NCBI GenBank assembly: GCA_045837725.1
Contig: JBEWZL010000063.1
Location: forward strand, 62,001 to 126,000
DNA from: Vermamoeba vermiformis
Taxonomy: Eukaryota
Direction: 5' to 3'
Length of the DNA stretch: 64,000 nt
Shown: positions 25,412-37,906 of the stretch, piece after piece
Layout of the letters: each line of letters starts with the position of its first letter
Numbering within the stretch: the first letter of the stretch is position 1
Made by a program: the position numbers and the translations under genes
The notes under the pieces: model-generated
Told to the model about the DNA's origin: nothing
Seen by the model: the letters and a program-made list of their open reading frames with translations, nothing else
Database searches by the model: none

Positions 25412-28193
25412 TTAACAATTGGCTGTGTGAGTAATCAACACTGCCAAATCTGGCTGTATCTGCAATATTTTTTCAACTGCCTCACTGGCTGACATTCGTT
25501 GTCCTAATTAACGAAGGAATTAGCTTGACTCACACTAGAGCTTGCTTAAACTTACCCCAGTCTCTTGAAATCATGTTCTTTGCAATCAGTGATGCCTCAG
25601 CACAATGAAATCTGTTCTCAACTCGACTGACCAGTTGTTGGAAAAATTTGTGGTCTTCTTCTTCAATCTTCACTCCATACAACTGCAAATATCGAATGGT
25701 TAGTCAAATGTAGCGTTGTATTAAGAGTTTGGTAAGTACCAGTGAAATAAACATGAGTCCAGCACTGAAAATATCTGATGCAAAACCAATGTGATTCCAT
25801 TCTTTTACTTCAGGTGCTGCATAGCGCTCAGTGTACCCTGCACAAGGTACCAAGCTGCAAATTCCAAATTAATTAAGACCTGCAAACAACACTTTGGTAA
25901 ACTTACCTGTTCCTCTCAACAGCAATAATTGAGTAGCCAAAATCTATCACTTTAATCGTAGGTTTTTGGGCATCATAGACAACATTTTCAAATTTGACAT
26001 CACTGTGAATTACTCCTTGAGAATGAATATCATCCAATGCCTAACACATGACTTAGTGTTATGACTAAGCATGACCAGGCATGTGTACAATACCTTCAAG
26101 AGCAGTAGCATGTACTTCAAGACATCATTCAAAGATTGTGGTTTGAAATAGTGCTCGCCCTTGACAAATTCCAAGCCCAATGAATGAGCTGTGACATAGA
26201 TCACAGTTGGAACACAAGAAAGACCTAAAATGATTAATAATCTGACGTAACAAGTTTTGGAGATTGCCTTTTAGTTGTTGGTAGATTTTGTGTTCATTTG
26301 CAAGTAGTTTCAGACTATCAGCACCAAACAGTTTAACAATGAGCTGTCGATGTGATGCAAAACTTGCCAAGTAAACTGTGACTTTTGAGTTCTTGTAAAT
26401 GCATCTAAATAACTTTAGATTGCAGACATCTTCTAGCACACCTCCGCTAGAATCACTTGAACTGTGATGTTCTGATGAAGGTATTTTGGCTCCAAGTTCA
26501 GACTTTTTGTATTTTTGACCTTCAAAAGCTTGCTTGAAGCACCTTCGCTGAAGCAGTCTGCAAATGTAGATTAATAGGTGCCTTGAAATGTCAGTCAGCA
26601 TACCTTAATCTGCATAATCGCCATAAAAATATTGCAAATTCATAGAATTGATGGTCATCCTTGAGATCCCAATTGAATAGTTGTGTGGCCTCCAATCGAG
26701 GCTTTGGAGCTGTACCTTCAACTTTCTGATTGTTCAAAGGAAGTGGTTGAAGTGGTCTCATTACAAACAACACCACATGTTCTTTATCAAGAGTGTAACC
26801 AAATGTCAGCAAGTTATCCATTTGAGTGATGTACTGAAGCACTGAAGAGATGACTCCAAGCTCTGTCACTAGCTTATTCCTGTAATGTAGCAGTGTTAGT
26901 TTAAGAAAGTGCAACTTGCCTGATTTAGTAACTCACATAACAGATCCATCTGTTTGATTTTTCTTCAACTCAACAACAAAATCCAATAGCAGATGAGAAG
27001 AGTCACCAAACTTTGCTTCTAGTCCTTTGAATGGCTCTTGATTGAGATTCAAAGACTTGTCACTAAAATCAGCCTGATTGTTAGTCACCATGACAAGCCA
27101 ACCATCAGCAATGTCAGGTTTCAGTGCATGTGGCCCATCTGCAAATGAACAAAACTTGGGTGTTGTTATGGCAGCGTCAGTGATGGTCTCATGAGTACAA
27201 AGTGCATTCAGCCTGCAAAGATTGTTACAGTCACAACCAGACTAGACTCACTTTACATACCCTGTTGTTAGTCCTTGTAGAGATGTTGCTTCAAACAGTG
27301 GTTGATAAACACTTGATTTCCATTGTGCCTCTGACCTCACTGTGCTGTTTAAAAAGTGGTCTTTCATCTGATTGGAAACACAATTTGTTAGCTTAAGCAT
27401 GTTAATCAAATAACAAGTTTTACCTTTTGGCGTATCTTTAGCACGAGTATCCAATAATCCTCATATTCTGTCTCATTTCCAATAAGATTGAGCCTCAAAG
27501 GGGTCCCTGGCTGGTTTGGATCTGAAACTTGAATGACTGCAGGTTCGTCCGACTCAGGAATTCCAGTTGGCTTGAAAAGTCCTTGGCTAATCCGCAGTTT
27601 CTAAATATTGATTAGAAGACATAACACCAGTACGTGACGTGCCTTAAATCGTTCTGTTTTAGGGATGGAAATGGGATAAAGTAACATCTCTTGCAGCGGC
27701 TTGAGCAGATCCGGAAGTTGAGTTGATTGTTTCGGGTCGTGCACACGCTTAATAATGCCCTCTGCGTAGCAATCGTATTCGTTTATAGTCGTCGAATTTG
27801 AGGGCTCAGTCTTGTGTTCTGAACTTCGTAAAGTCGAATTAATATTTAATTAATAATTTGCGTTTATTTTATGCTATTACCTGCTTCCATTTTTTCTTCT
27901 AGTCGCAGTACGAAATTCTTTACCTCTGCTAGATTTATTACCGCTGACTCGGTAATCTTAATCTCGGCTCTGAATTCGTTATCTTCCTTTGGCACGTACA
28001 GTAACCGATACTTTGGCTTGCCATTTATTTTGAATTTTTTCCTAAGCTGTTCGCCTGTATTTTGGAGAGATTCAAACGTATGGATCAGCGGTTCGGGATC
28101 CTCTGTTTCGCTAAAATTGTAAAGCGGAATGGCTGTAGTAAATTTAAGTTGTTAGTCGAATGATATTGATATACCAGACTTACCTATTTCCAT
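25412..28193 (-). CDS. Crinkler-like protein: N-terminal header, PD-(D/E)xK restriction-endonuclease-like domain, C-terminal Ser/Thr kinase
   Basis: Spliced frame THE...KPDIADGWLV...LLDFVVELKK...ISSVLQY (REase-like); kinase motifs IVKLF, NEHKIY, IHSDVKFENV, VIDFG, YAAPE, SDIFSAG. Confidence 0.75.
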
Positions 28194-28319
28194 TGTTGCA
28201 TTCAACACAGGTTCAAATCAAAAAATGGCGCCATATTTCTTCGTTTTTGCACTTTTTTTAAATTCACGCGAACGATGAATCTTGGCAATAATTCGTTTTT
28301 ATCGTACGGTGTTAATTTG

Positions 28320-29614
28320 TTATTTCTTGATCGTACATACGAGGTGCAATCCCGAATGATCTGAAAGTGCAGTTTTGCAACCAGAAATTACGGACGATAG
28401 TATCTGCATGGACTTGGGCTTGAAATAAGGTTGATAATTTTTCAAGCAAATTCGGTCCAATCGGTGGCGCTCAAAAGTGTTCCCTGGCTTGGATCCCTGA
28501 ACCGCTTTCCACATGTCCGTATAACCTACACAAAATGCATACGTTATACTAATATCTCTACGTATTGTATAATTATTATTAAGATATATCATTCTGTTCA
28601 GCTCAGGTTCGAACGTTTGGATCCGGTTATAACTTTTCGTACCTGCGTCTTCGAAGAACTTATCTTCAGTATCTATATGAAAGTTATAATCGCCCATGAT
28701 ACAAACAGTATCTTCTTGTCGAGTCTTAGAATATAACCACTGTAGTTGATCGCTGCGCTTATTGTGTCCTGCGTAATCGCTGTCGAGATGTACGGCCATC
28801 GCGTCAATTGTGTGCAACTTTCCTCCGATATCAAACCTAAATCCAACAATCAGACTCGCATCAGTGCATTACTGAACTATTATTATGAACATTGATAATA
28901 TCGTATGAAGGTTAGAGTGTTAAAACATACGTGATGCATCCAGCGGTGACTTTTCGGTGGCTCCAGGGAATGTCCCACAGTACTAATTTAGAAAACGGAT
29001 AGCGCGATAATAAGCACGTTTTGTATGAGGTCTACATTGCAATACAATTAGCACCAGGTAACCTCTAAGACGGATGGATCCGAATGGTAGGAACTTACAG
29101 GTTGGGATTGCTGTGTGACGAGGGACATATAATAGTTATCTCTTACATATTGATTATTCTGCAGTAACTTTGTAGCAGGTACTGTTGTCTCGACGAGTGC
29201 AATGAGATCTGCGTTCGTGTCTTCAAAATGTTTAACGAGGGCATTGATACGTGCTTCTCGATCTTCCTCGAATATCCAGATATTATATGATATTATATTC
29301 AGTTTTTTCGGAGCCTTGACGCTTGGAACGAGATCCTTACGAAATTGAATTAAGACCAAAATTTCAATTTAATTTTTAAAAATTACCTGAGGCACCCACT
29401 CGTTTTTATCAACGTTAAATCGCAACATTTGAAGGTCAATCGATTTTAATTTTGAAGTGTCTCCCGAAGGCTGACCACCGCCGACAGTCTGGAATAATAC
29501 GGTCAACTACTGTAAAACAAAACATGCTGCACGTACACCTAAAGACTGTTGAGGTGGAGGATCAACATTGTTAAGTTGTCTTTTCTTTTGCTGTAACGCC
29601 TTTGCCAGATCCAT
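28320..29614 (-). CDS. Endonuclease/exonuclease/phosphatase (TDP2-like EEP) protein
   Basis: IISYNIW, ADLIALVE, AVHLDS, IMGDYN, GYTDMW, RLDRI, LSDHSGL. Confidence 0.85.
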
Positions 29615-29659
29615 CGCTAGTTAGAGATGCAGTGTATTTGATGCAAACTAACGAAATAT

Positions 29660-29917
29660 TGTGGTGCAATGATTTGAATAAGATAGAAAAATAAATGCAT
29701 CGCAGGAAATGGCGGGCCAAGAGAAGGGAGGCAAAAAAGAGAAAAAAACAAAAAAAGAAATGCCGCGACCCGGGATTGAACCGGGGGCCTCTAGATCTTC
29801 AGTCTAACGCTCTCCCAACTGAGCTATCGCGGCTGATCATATTTCGGAAACGACCTCGCACAACGACCAGTCACCATCGACGCAACAAAATCACCGTCTT
29901 TCGGTTTTGCTCTTCTT
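29660..29917. repeat. Direct repeat copy 1 (tRNA-Phe plus both flanks)
   Basis: Near-identical to 34261-34519. Confidence 0.9.
29761..29833 (-). tRNA. trnF-GAA: tRNA-Phe (GAA)
   Basis: GCCGCGATAGCTCAGTTGGGAGAGCGTTAGACTGAAGATCTAGAGGCCCCCGGTTCAATCCCGGGTCGCGGCA folds as a cloverleaf; followed by a T-run Pol III terminator. Confidence 0.97.
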
Positions 29918-29959
29918 GCTCTTAGTTGCTCATTTCTTGCAATCGACCAACAGAGTACC

Positions 29960-31389
29960 ATGGAGCAAAACCAACAACCATCGTTTCAAAAGCCTACCAA
30001 GCGTATTCATAATCAGACAGACTTGCAAATATTTTTAAAATCGCCTACGTGCCATCTGCTTCGTGCTTACCTCGGAAGTTTGAACGAGTGCGTTAAAGGC
30101 AAAAGCAACAGTACTGAATGTCACGTTTCACCTGTAAGTTGAAGATCAGAATAATTTCGTAATTTATTTAAATATTTAAATTCCGCTTGCCATCAAATTC
30201 TCACTAAAATATTACACATTGTTTATAATAATTAATTTTACTCCAAATAAATTACTAATAATTTTGGGAAACAATAAAAGGCCGTGGAACGTGTCTGCAG
30301 TGTTTTAAACACTCTAGCTCAATGGATTGATGATATACCACCTATTCAACAACCAATGCGATATGGTAATAAGGTACGTTATCTGTGACGCGTGTAATAA
30401 ATGAAAATACACGTAATTAATTTTTATCCTTTATTTTGTAGGCCTATCGCGACTGGTTTGAAAAGAATGTACAGGTAAATTATCACTATACTATGTCAAT
30501 TATATCCTGACCATTATTTAGAACGCGGAAGACTTGATGAAGCAGATGTTGCCTGAAAATCTTCATGCCGCTGCAGTCGAGTTGGCGGCGTACTGGACAG
30601 GTTGTTTTGGTGATAAAACTAGAATAGACTATGGCACAGGCCACGAGACAACATTTATGGCATTCTGCTGCTGCTTGCAAAAATTAGGCGTGTTCACCGA
30701 TGAAGACAGGACAGCTGTTGTATTGAAAGTTTTCAACACGTACTTGGCACTAATGAGAAAATTGCAACGGACTTACTTCCTAGAACCCGCCGGCTCGCAT
30801 GGAGTATGGAGGTATGTCCAAATAAGGAAATACTAAGACCGCTAGAACTAACGCAACATGCGTAGTCTCGACGATTACCAATTTTTGCCATTTTATTTTG
30901 GTTCGTCACAATTGGTCGGTCATCGATCCATTTTGCCCAAATCAGTGCGGTCACGTGACACCGTTGAAGCTCACAGCGATAACTATATGTACTTAGCTTG
31001 TATCAAATTTATTTATGATGTAAGTAACAGATCCACATGACAGTTTCTCGGCGAAATTTCTTCTCGGATTATCGACGCCACTGATATTTGCAGCTTTGTG
31101 ACGACTTCTTTATTAGGTAAAATCAGGTGCGTTTGCCGAGAATTCACCAATTTTGGACTCGATTGCGGAAGTGCCCATGTGGGAGAAAGTCAATCAAGGC
31201 ATGTTGAAGATGTATAATGCGGAAGTACTAGGCAAGTTCCCAGTCATGCAACACTTTTTGTTCGGATCCATTTTGCCGTTCCCCGAGCCAGGCACAGTGG
31301 AAGTTGCCCCATCACCGACAACGTCTCCCGCGACCTCACCAGCCATGAGCCATCATCCTCATGCTCACCACCCATACGCGAAGAAATAG
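29960..31389 (+). CDS. PTPA: PP2A phosphatase activator (PTPA/Rrd1)
   Basis: [66 protein letters not shown]. Confidence 0.96.
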
Positions 31390-31480
31390 AATTGATCACG
31401 TGATTGTGTTCACTGACTGTACAAAACTACCAATTTTTGAGCGAGAATAAAACTTCGAATAATTTCGGCAGCGAACAACA

Positions 31481-32144
31481 ATGGAACAAAATTTTATGTA
31501 TGATTATACGATTTACAAAACGGTTATTAATAAATACTAATATTAGGACCTCGCCTGACGACGAGTACATTGTCTATTTGAGACCTCGAGGAAACTTGGC
31601 AACAATTCTTCAACAATATTCTGAAAATTCAAAAGTCATTATTGAAAATGAAGCGCACAAATATCTACCGCATTGCACGTTGACTGGATTTTTTAAAATT
31701 CAGCAAAGTATTGAATTGACAAAATTAACCTCGTTATTGCACGAGTCCGTGGCAGGCATCGAGAACAGATTGAACGACATCATTGCCCTCACTCATATTT
31801 TCGACAATGAAAGATTCATTGGCCTAAGTTTCAACGACAAACAAATGCTGCAAGAATTACGGCCAAGAATTGAAGATTTCGCGAAGAAAATGGAGCAGTA
31901 CGGAGCTCATGTTCGCGTAAAACCAGAACCAACCTCTCATTATCATATAAGCTTAGCATATGGAACAGTATTTACTCAACCTATCAAACAGCAACTACTT
32001 AATTTGGTTGACACCCTAAACATCACATCCGCATTCAAAGAGGTCGAATGGGCAATCGAAATATATTGCAGAAAATCAAAGGATCAAACAGCAGAACAAT
32101 GGATGAGCGAAAGTATTGAAGAGCAGTTAAAGCACAGGCAATAA
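31481..32144 (+). CDS. Stand-alone 2H phosphoesterase (UBASH3/STS N-terminal 2H-like)
   Basis: ATG 31481, one short intron, then EYIVYLRPRGNL...NEAHKYLPHCTLTGFF and YHISLAY (two HxT/S motifs). Confidence 0.8.
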
Positions 32145-32465
32145 AACTTCATTTACAGTAGACTTATATTTCCCATTTGCTTTCGTCTAAACAAGCTGTT
32201 TGACTCATCATTATAAATGAATACCACAGTGACTAATTCGAGATGCATTTGATATCGCATCTATGGTGAATAGCACTATTTGCCAAAGCTGTCGATTAGA
32301 TTCGGATCTCCTCGAACCACGGTGATGTAGTGTTGCACACTAATATAGCCAGGTATAGCCATGCCAACAATATTGTATCACAGCTCAATTTCATATTGAA
32401 CTGTGGCGTGGCACGGGCGTTAAAGTCATGTTCACTTTGAAGCAGATCTCGTGTCATGTGCACAT

Positions 32466-34210
32466 CTATCTAGTCATCAATCTCGTCACTATTAGCTGCA
32501 AATCAGTCTTGAAGGGCTCGATAGTGACTTCATCCAACTGTTGGCGCTTATACGGGCCTCGATGCAAGTACGTTTTGAACTCGTCAAGTGCCGCCTCGAC
32601 AATAGCTTTGAATCGTTCTTTGTCGATAGTACCATTCGTATAATAAGGCTGCAGTAGTGTCTTGATATAGACATTCGCGTGAAAACAGATCTGCTTGGTC
32701 GTGTAGTCCATCGGCATGGCCTGTTGAATGTTGTCAAAATGTCGACCCGGCTGCTTGTTCTCCTTATCATTGTGGTGATGACGACCTTCACGAGGGCTAG
32801 GTGACGACGACTCCTGTGAATTTCGATGGAATTTCTCTAACGCGCTTTGCGCTGATTGGAGCAAAATGTTGTTTGATTGGACCCCAAGCCCGTTTCTTCT
32901 TGGTGGCGCTGGCTTTACTTGGGACAGAACACTTGAGAGCCCCTTTCCGTTGGCATTAGTTTGATTGCTATTGGCTGCATTAATGGCTGCCTTGATGTTG
33001 TTGGCCAAGCTGTTCGAGTTCGGGTTGACTTCAAATCTGACGTTCCGAAACAGATCTGAGCTCGTTAGCTTTCTTGGCTCGGGCTTCTCAACACTGTCGT
33101 TCAATGGATCTTCTATCGCTATGTTATTTTTATCGTTATTGTTTAACGAGAGCGCCACAGGAGTGTTCGTTCGCTGGATGCCGCGAGTAGGAGTATTGTT
33201 GTTATTTGTATTGGAGTTATTGCCATTGCGTCCATTAAGTACTTGCAATTGTCTGCGAGACTGCTCTACTTGTTGTCGTAGTTTAGCCATTTCAGACAAG
33301 CTTTGTGACCGCTTCATTTCAGCAGGCTTGGATCTCGTCGACGCAGCGCGTGCCATGGTGTGCAAGGGCTGTGATAGGGACGTCTTGAAGACTGGTCGGG
33401 TTGGGGTATGTTGATCGCCTTGTGGCAGTGTATTTACAGGTGAGATAAGAGGTGGAAGTATTCGCATCCTTCAAAAAATATAGCCGTTAATATTGAGTTA
33501 CAAAATCTTCTTAGACTACAACTAGCATCGTAGACTCGTTTAACGCGACCTACAATGTGCTGCCTCAAGGCAATACTTACCTTTTGTTTGGAGAGCTGTG
33601 ATCGTCAGACTCCTGCGAGGATCGCTTTCTTTTTCTTTGGGACTGTATCTGCTCCTCATACTCCCAGCTGCCCACATCTTGGCTATTACTGTATTCTACA
33701 TCGTCATCGTCGACTACAAAACTATCGCTTTCATCGCTGTAATAGTCCTATTGAAGATAAGTTAATTCGTATTCTCGTGACAGGATTGATCTCGGCAGGA
33801 CTTACTGGTAATCCTTCATCGATCTTGAGCTCCTAGTAAAATAATAGGACATTAATAAACATACGACACGGCAAAGAAATCTCTTATACCTTTCGGGAGA
33901 CCTTCAAACATTTAATAATATTTCCATCTGCTCCTGCCTGAGTAATAGCTGAAAAATGAACCTTGCATAGCGGACACCTGATATGAAAGCACGTTAAAAA
34001 TGCCGTTTATTATGTTGTAGTTATCTACCTTGTTGAAATTTTACTCCAATCCTGAATGCATCCGAAGCTGCAGGAAAAATTAATAAACGCGTCGATCGTA
34101 CGTATATTTTTTTACCAAAATTTATGGCAGCAAGTGTCCAACGAGCAGAATTTGTCACTCGTCTCAGGAACAGGATCGAGGCAGATTCCACAGTCAGGGA
34201 CTTCACTCAT
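32466..34210 (-). CDS. RING-finger protein with C-terminal SRI-like domain (SCAF11/PHRF1/Asr1-like)
   Basis: Spliced N-terminus MSEVPDCGICLD...TCCHKFCFGCIQDWSKISTRCPLCK (missed by the ORF track); C-terminus IKTLLQPYYTNGTIDKERFKAIVEAA resembles the Pol II CTD-binding tail of SCAF11/PHRF1. Confidence 0.75.
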
Positions 34211-34260
34211 GCAAGTAGCTGAAGGGGTACTGCGTGGTGATTGTCATAGTGTTAATGACT

Positions 34261-34519
34261 TGTGGTGTAAAGACGTGAATAAGACAGAAAAAAAAATTGC
34301 ATCGCAGGAAATGGCGGGCCAAGAGAGAAGGGAGGCAAAAAAGAGAAAAAACAAAAAAAGAAATGCCGCGACCCGGGATTGAACCGGGGGCCTCTAGATC
34401 TTCAGTCTAACGCTCTCCCAACTGAGCTATCGCGGCTGATCATATTTCGGAAACGACCTCGCACAACGACCAGTCACCACCGACGCAACAAAATCACTGT
34501 CTTTCGGTTTTGCTCTTCT
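34261..34519. repeat. Direct repeat copy 2 (tRNA-Phe plus both flanks)
   Basis: Near-identical to 29660-29917. Confidence 0.9.
34364..34436 (-). tRNA. trnF-GAA: tRNA-Phe (GAA), second copy
   Basis: Identical to 29761-29833. Confidence 0.97.
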
Positions 34520-34630
34520 CGCTCTTTGTGCCGGTCGTTAAAACAGCGCAGAGTTTTCTTCTTTCGTACGACGTATCGTCACTCCTTCCTAGTTGTAATT
34601 TGAAAAATTTACCGTTTTTTACAGAAGGAA

Positions 34631-36279
34631 TTAGTTGTGTTTGCCCAGCTCGATCTTCTTCTGCATTGAGCGCATGCCGTGGTACACGAATGAGTCGATC
34701 AAACCTGCAACAGTGAAGACACCACCGATGATGGCGCAGACACCAGTCAAGAAGTGAGCAAAGGACTTCTTGGTCTCGGTGAACTTGACCATAATAGGAG
34801 ACAGATCGTACATGAAGAAAACGCCTGAAGGTGATTTATTAGTCACCAGACGGAGTATAGTATTGAATAAATAACTTACCCGGCAATCCGTGACTGTCTC
34901 CGCCCATGTTCTTTTGATGCTCAGTGACGGAGAATTGGTTTGTCTTGATGACGTTGCCGTCCAATGACTGGTAGATGGTAGGAACGACCTTCAAATAGTA
35001 CGAGTACATCACAGAGGCGTGGCCGAATTCTACAAAAGAGTTGTAAGTACGAGTCAAGATTTTGAACCGTGTTGGTTACGTACGTGCAACAGAGTGCTTG
35101 ACGCCATCGAGAGGGTTGACGAGACCAGGGTAATCATCTCCGAAGCTCATCTTATTGATGACGTGCGAGGTGTTGAAGCCACCGGCAGGCTTGTACATTT
35201 CCATGTCGTGCACGTGCATGTGGTTCTGTTGGAAGCTGACACCAGGGGCAAAGTGCACGTTGCCTGCAATCTTGTTCACTTCCAAAAATCCGTGAACTCT
35301 GCAACCTTCATCTTGTTGCTGCTTAATCTTCTCCGAGAGGCCCTCACGAACGCATTGTTCGATGCCATCGGGGTTAGTAAAAGCCCATCCAGCCTTTCTG
35401 TATGCTTCACGGACTTCTTGGCACGTGTTACAGCACTTTTGATTTCCAGCGCCGTAGCAGCTACCGCAATAGTCCTCGGGCTGTTGTCCTGAAACAGTCA
35501 ATGCGGAGCTATCGCCGATATCTAAAAAAAGAATTCTCGTTAGGATCTGAACAACGACAGGCGCAACAACAACGCGACTTGTATTGCACAGATGATTCGT
35601 ATTAATAGACTTACTTTGCTTTTCGGAACCAAGCTGTCGTCCTGTCAGATCCAACCGCGTTCTATATAAGTTTGCTGAAATATCCAGTTGCTGCGAGCCA
35701 GTAATATCCATCGCATCAACAGTCAAAACTGCGAGAGTAAATTAATAAAAAAAATCGCGTAATTAAGTAAAATTGTTTATATTATTTAGCGTCATTAGGT
35801 AATTAGTACTTACAGGCACAAGAAAGGTGAGGGAAAGTGATATCAATGTTGATCTTCAATTTCTCGCCTCTAGTTGTGTCTACGAACAGTTGAGGGTTCA
35901 CATCAACGCGCATATAATACACAAACTCTGAAAGGAACAGCCATGAAATGAAAATAGCGCTGATAATGGAAACTGAAAGAAAGATCGGTTAACTCGCTGA
36001 AATATTTCGCCATATCATTTTAAAAACAAGGGAATATTGTATTAATATTTTTATTGATAATTTGTGCTTTTTTGAAGCTAACGAAAATAATTAAAATCAA
36101 AAATAAATTTGGTGACGCATGCAGTTTTCTAACCACCGCATTAGGTTTTCAAAAGAGCGTCATAGCGACACAATATACTAATGCTACTTACTTGCAGCAC
36201 CAGAAGTGGTTCTAATTCGAAAATCCTCGACTGTCTTTGGGTAAGCGTCAAAACGCTGAATGCGCTTCAAAAGATCCAT
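34631..36279 (-). CDS. ERGIC3: ER-Golgi intermediate compartment protein 3 (Erv46)
   Basis: RFDAYPKTVEDFRIRTTSGA, CGSCYGA..CCNTCQEVREAY, VNKIAGNVHFAPG, YYLKVVPT, HFLTGVCAIIGGVFTVAG, KKIELGK. Confidence 0.96.
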
Positions 36280-36659
36280 TATTAATTACTAACTTGATAG
36301 TAATGCTAAAACGTGTGTTTGTATTTTTGAAGGCAATAGAAAAAGCGAATTTGAACGGGGAGCAATAAAACTGGAAAACTGAAGCCCTGGCAGATCTGAC
36401 GCCAACAAATTACAACAGTCGTAATTATAGAGTATGACATTGCGGTCCTATTAATACTGAATATATTATAATAAGGTCGACTCACGCTTTAATTCGAGTA
36501 CAATAATATTCTTATTTATTATGTACACGCTACATTGCTTAGTTTGTATTCGCTCTCTTTGTGCCAATCTATTCGTCGTTAAAGAACACTAAGAATAAGA
36601 TCGGCACCATAATAAATTATAATAGACTAATATAAAATGACAAAAGCGCTGGCACGCGT

Positions 36660-37906
36660 TTAGAGGTTGTCAAGATCTGTTACAAAAAACAATCGTTAGA
36701 TGCGTTGTACATAAGAGCTACGATGTAAATATGCCCAATTAGAGTATCAATATTATCATGTATTATTTTGAACCATTGTAGTAATTAGCAAATTGAAATA
36801 AAGGCGACTTGTAAAGCCAAGAATTAAGTCGAACATAATAATCGAGAAATTAAGCTATAACTATGAATATAGGTCTATGATACATACCGATATCTTCTCT
36901 ATCGACAAGACCGTCCTCTTCATCGGAATCAGAGTCAGGCATCATTCCTCGTCGAGGATCTTGCTCTTCAATCGATCCAGATTCTGATTCTTCCTCACCG
37001 GCGTTAGTGAACTCGAAAGGCACGTCTTCGTGGTTGTCCTTATCTTCTCCGGTCTCAATCTTAATGCTGTCCGGCAAATGACCGAGTTTCTTTAATTGAC
37101 GAGCCTCATCGGGGTTGTAACGAACGATAATGTCTGCTTTATCGTCTTGGTACTCTCGCAAATCGCATAAAATAATGTCACCCTAGCGAAAAATAATATA
37201 ATAAGTTATTTGCAGGTAATAAATCGAAAAAAATTGGAATTTTTCAAAGCACGATCTGAAGACCGATCGCGGATGTAAAAACGGTCTAATCGAAAGATAA
37301 TACTTACGACGTTAACCCAGACTTTTTTTCTCATCTTGCCTCTAATGTGGCATAATCGCTTCTTGCCGTCAAAGCAAAAAGCTTCAAGACGACCGTTTCC
37401 AAGCATTCTCAAAACTTGTCCATATTCTAAAAATTATAACATTAGCAAAGTAATAATATATTATGATAATACGCCATTATTGTCGATTTGGGAATAATAA
37501 AAAATACGTAATATTACGAATCTGTCGGCAAATAAAAAAAGCTTTGTCTATCAGTATATGATCGCTCTATCCATATAATTACCTTGTCCTTCTGATTTAA
37601 GAATTACTTCGCGCTTTTCTTCGCTTTCATTCTTTCCTCTTCTGCGGTTTTTACCACCCTTTCCTATTTGGATTAGATTTATTAATAATTGAAGACTCAA
37701 CAATCTACGTAATTGCATCACTTCGTTCATATTAATTACAAGAATTAAATAAACGATTTTGTATAATTTAAAGAACCGTTGTATTATTTTATAGACTAAG
37801 ATCGTTGATCGCCCTAAAAATTGTTCACTGCACCATCATGCTTGGGCAGCAAGACGATCATTTATAGGCTTGTTTAAACGTAACGCTTACCCTTATTCTT
37901 CGGCAT
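36660..37906 (-). CDS. EIF1A: Translation initiation factor eIF1A
   Basis: [60 protein letters not shown], acidic tail ending DLDNL*. Confidence 0.97.

Noticed and set aside
29695-29925. Lys/Arg-rich ORFs here and at 34056-34603
   Set aside because: They are antisense translations of the tRNA-Phe cassette, not proteins.
32965-33414. Long antisense ORFs (also 16980-17434, 11492-11983, 35019-35492)
   Set aside because: Shadows of real genes on the opposite strand, with no independent splice signals or motifs.
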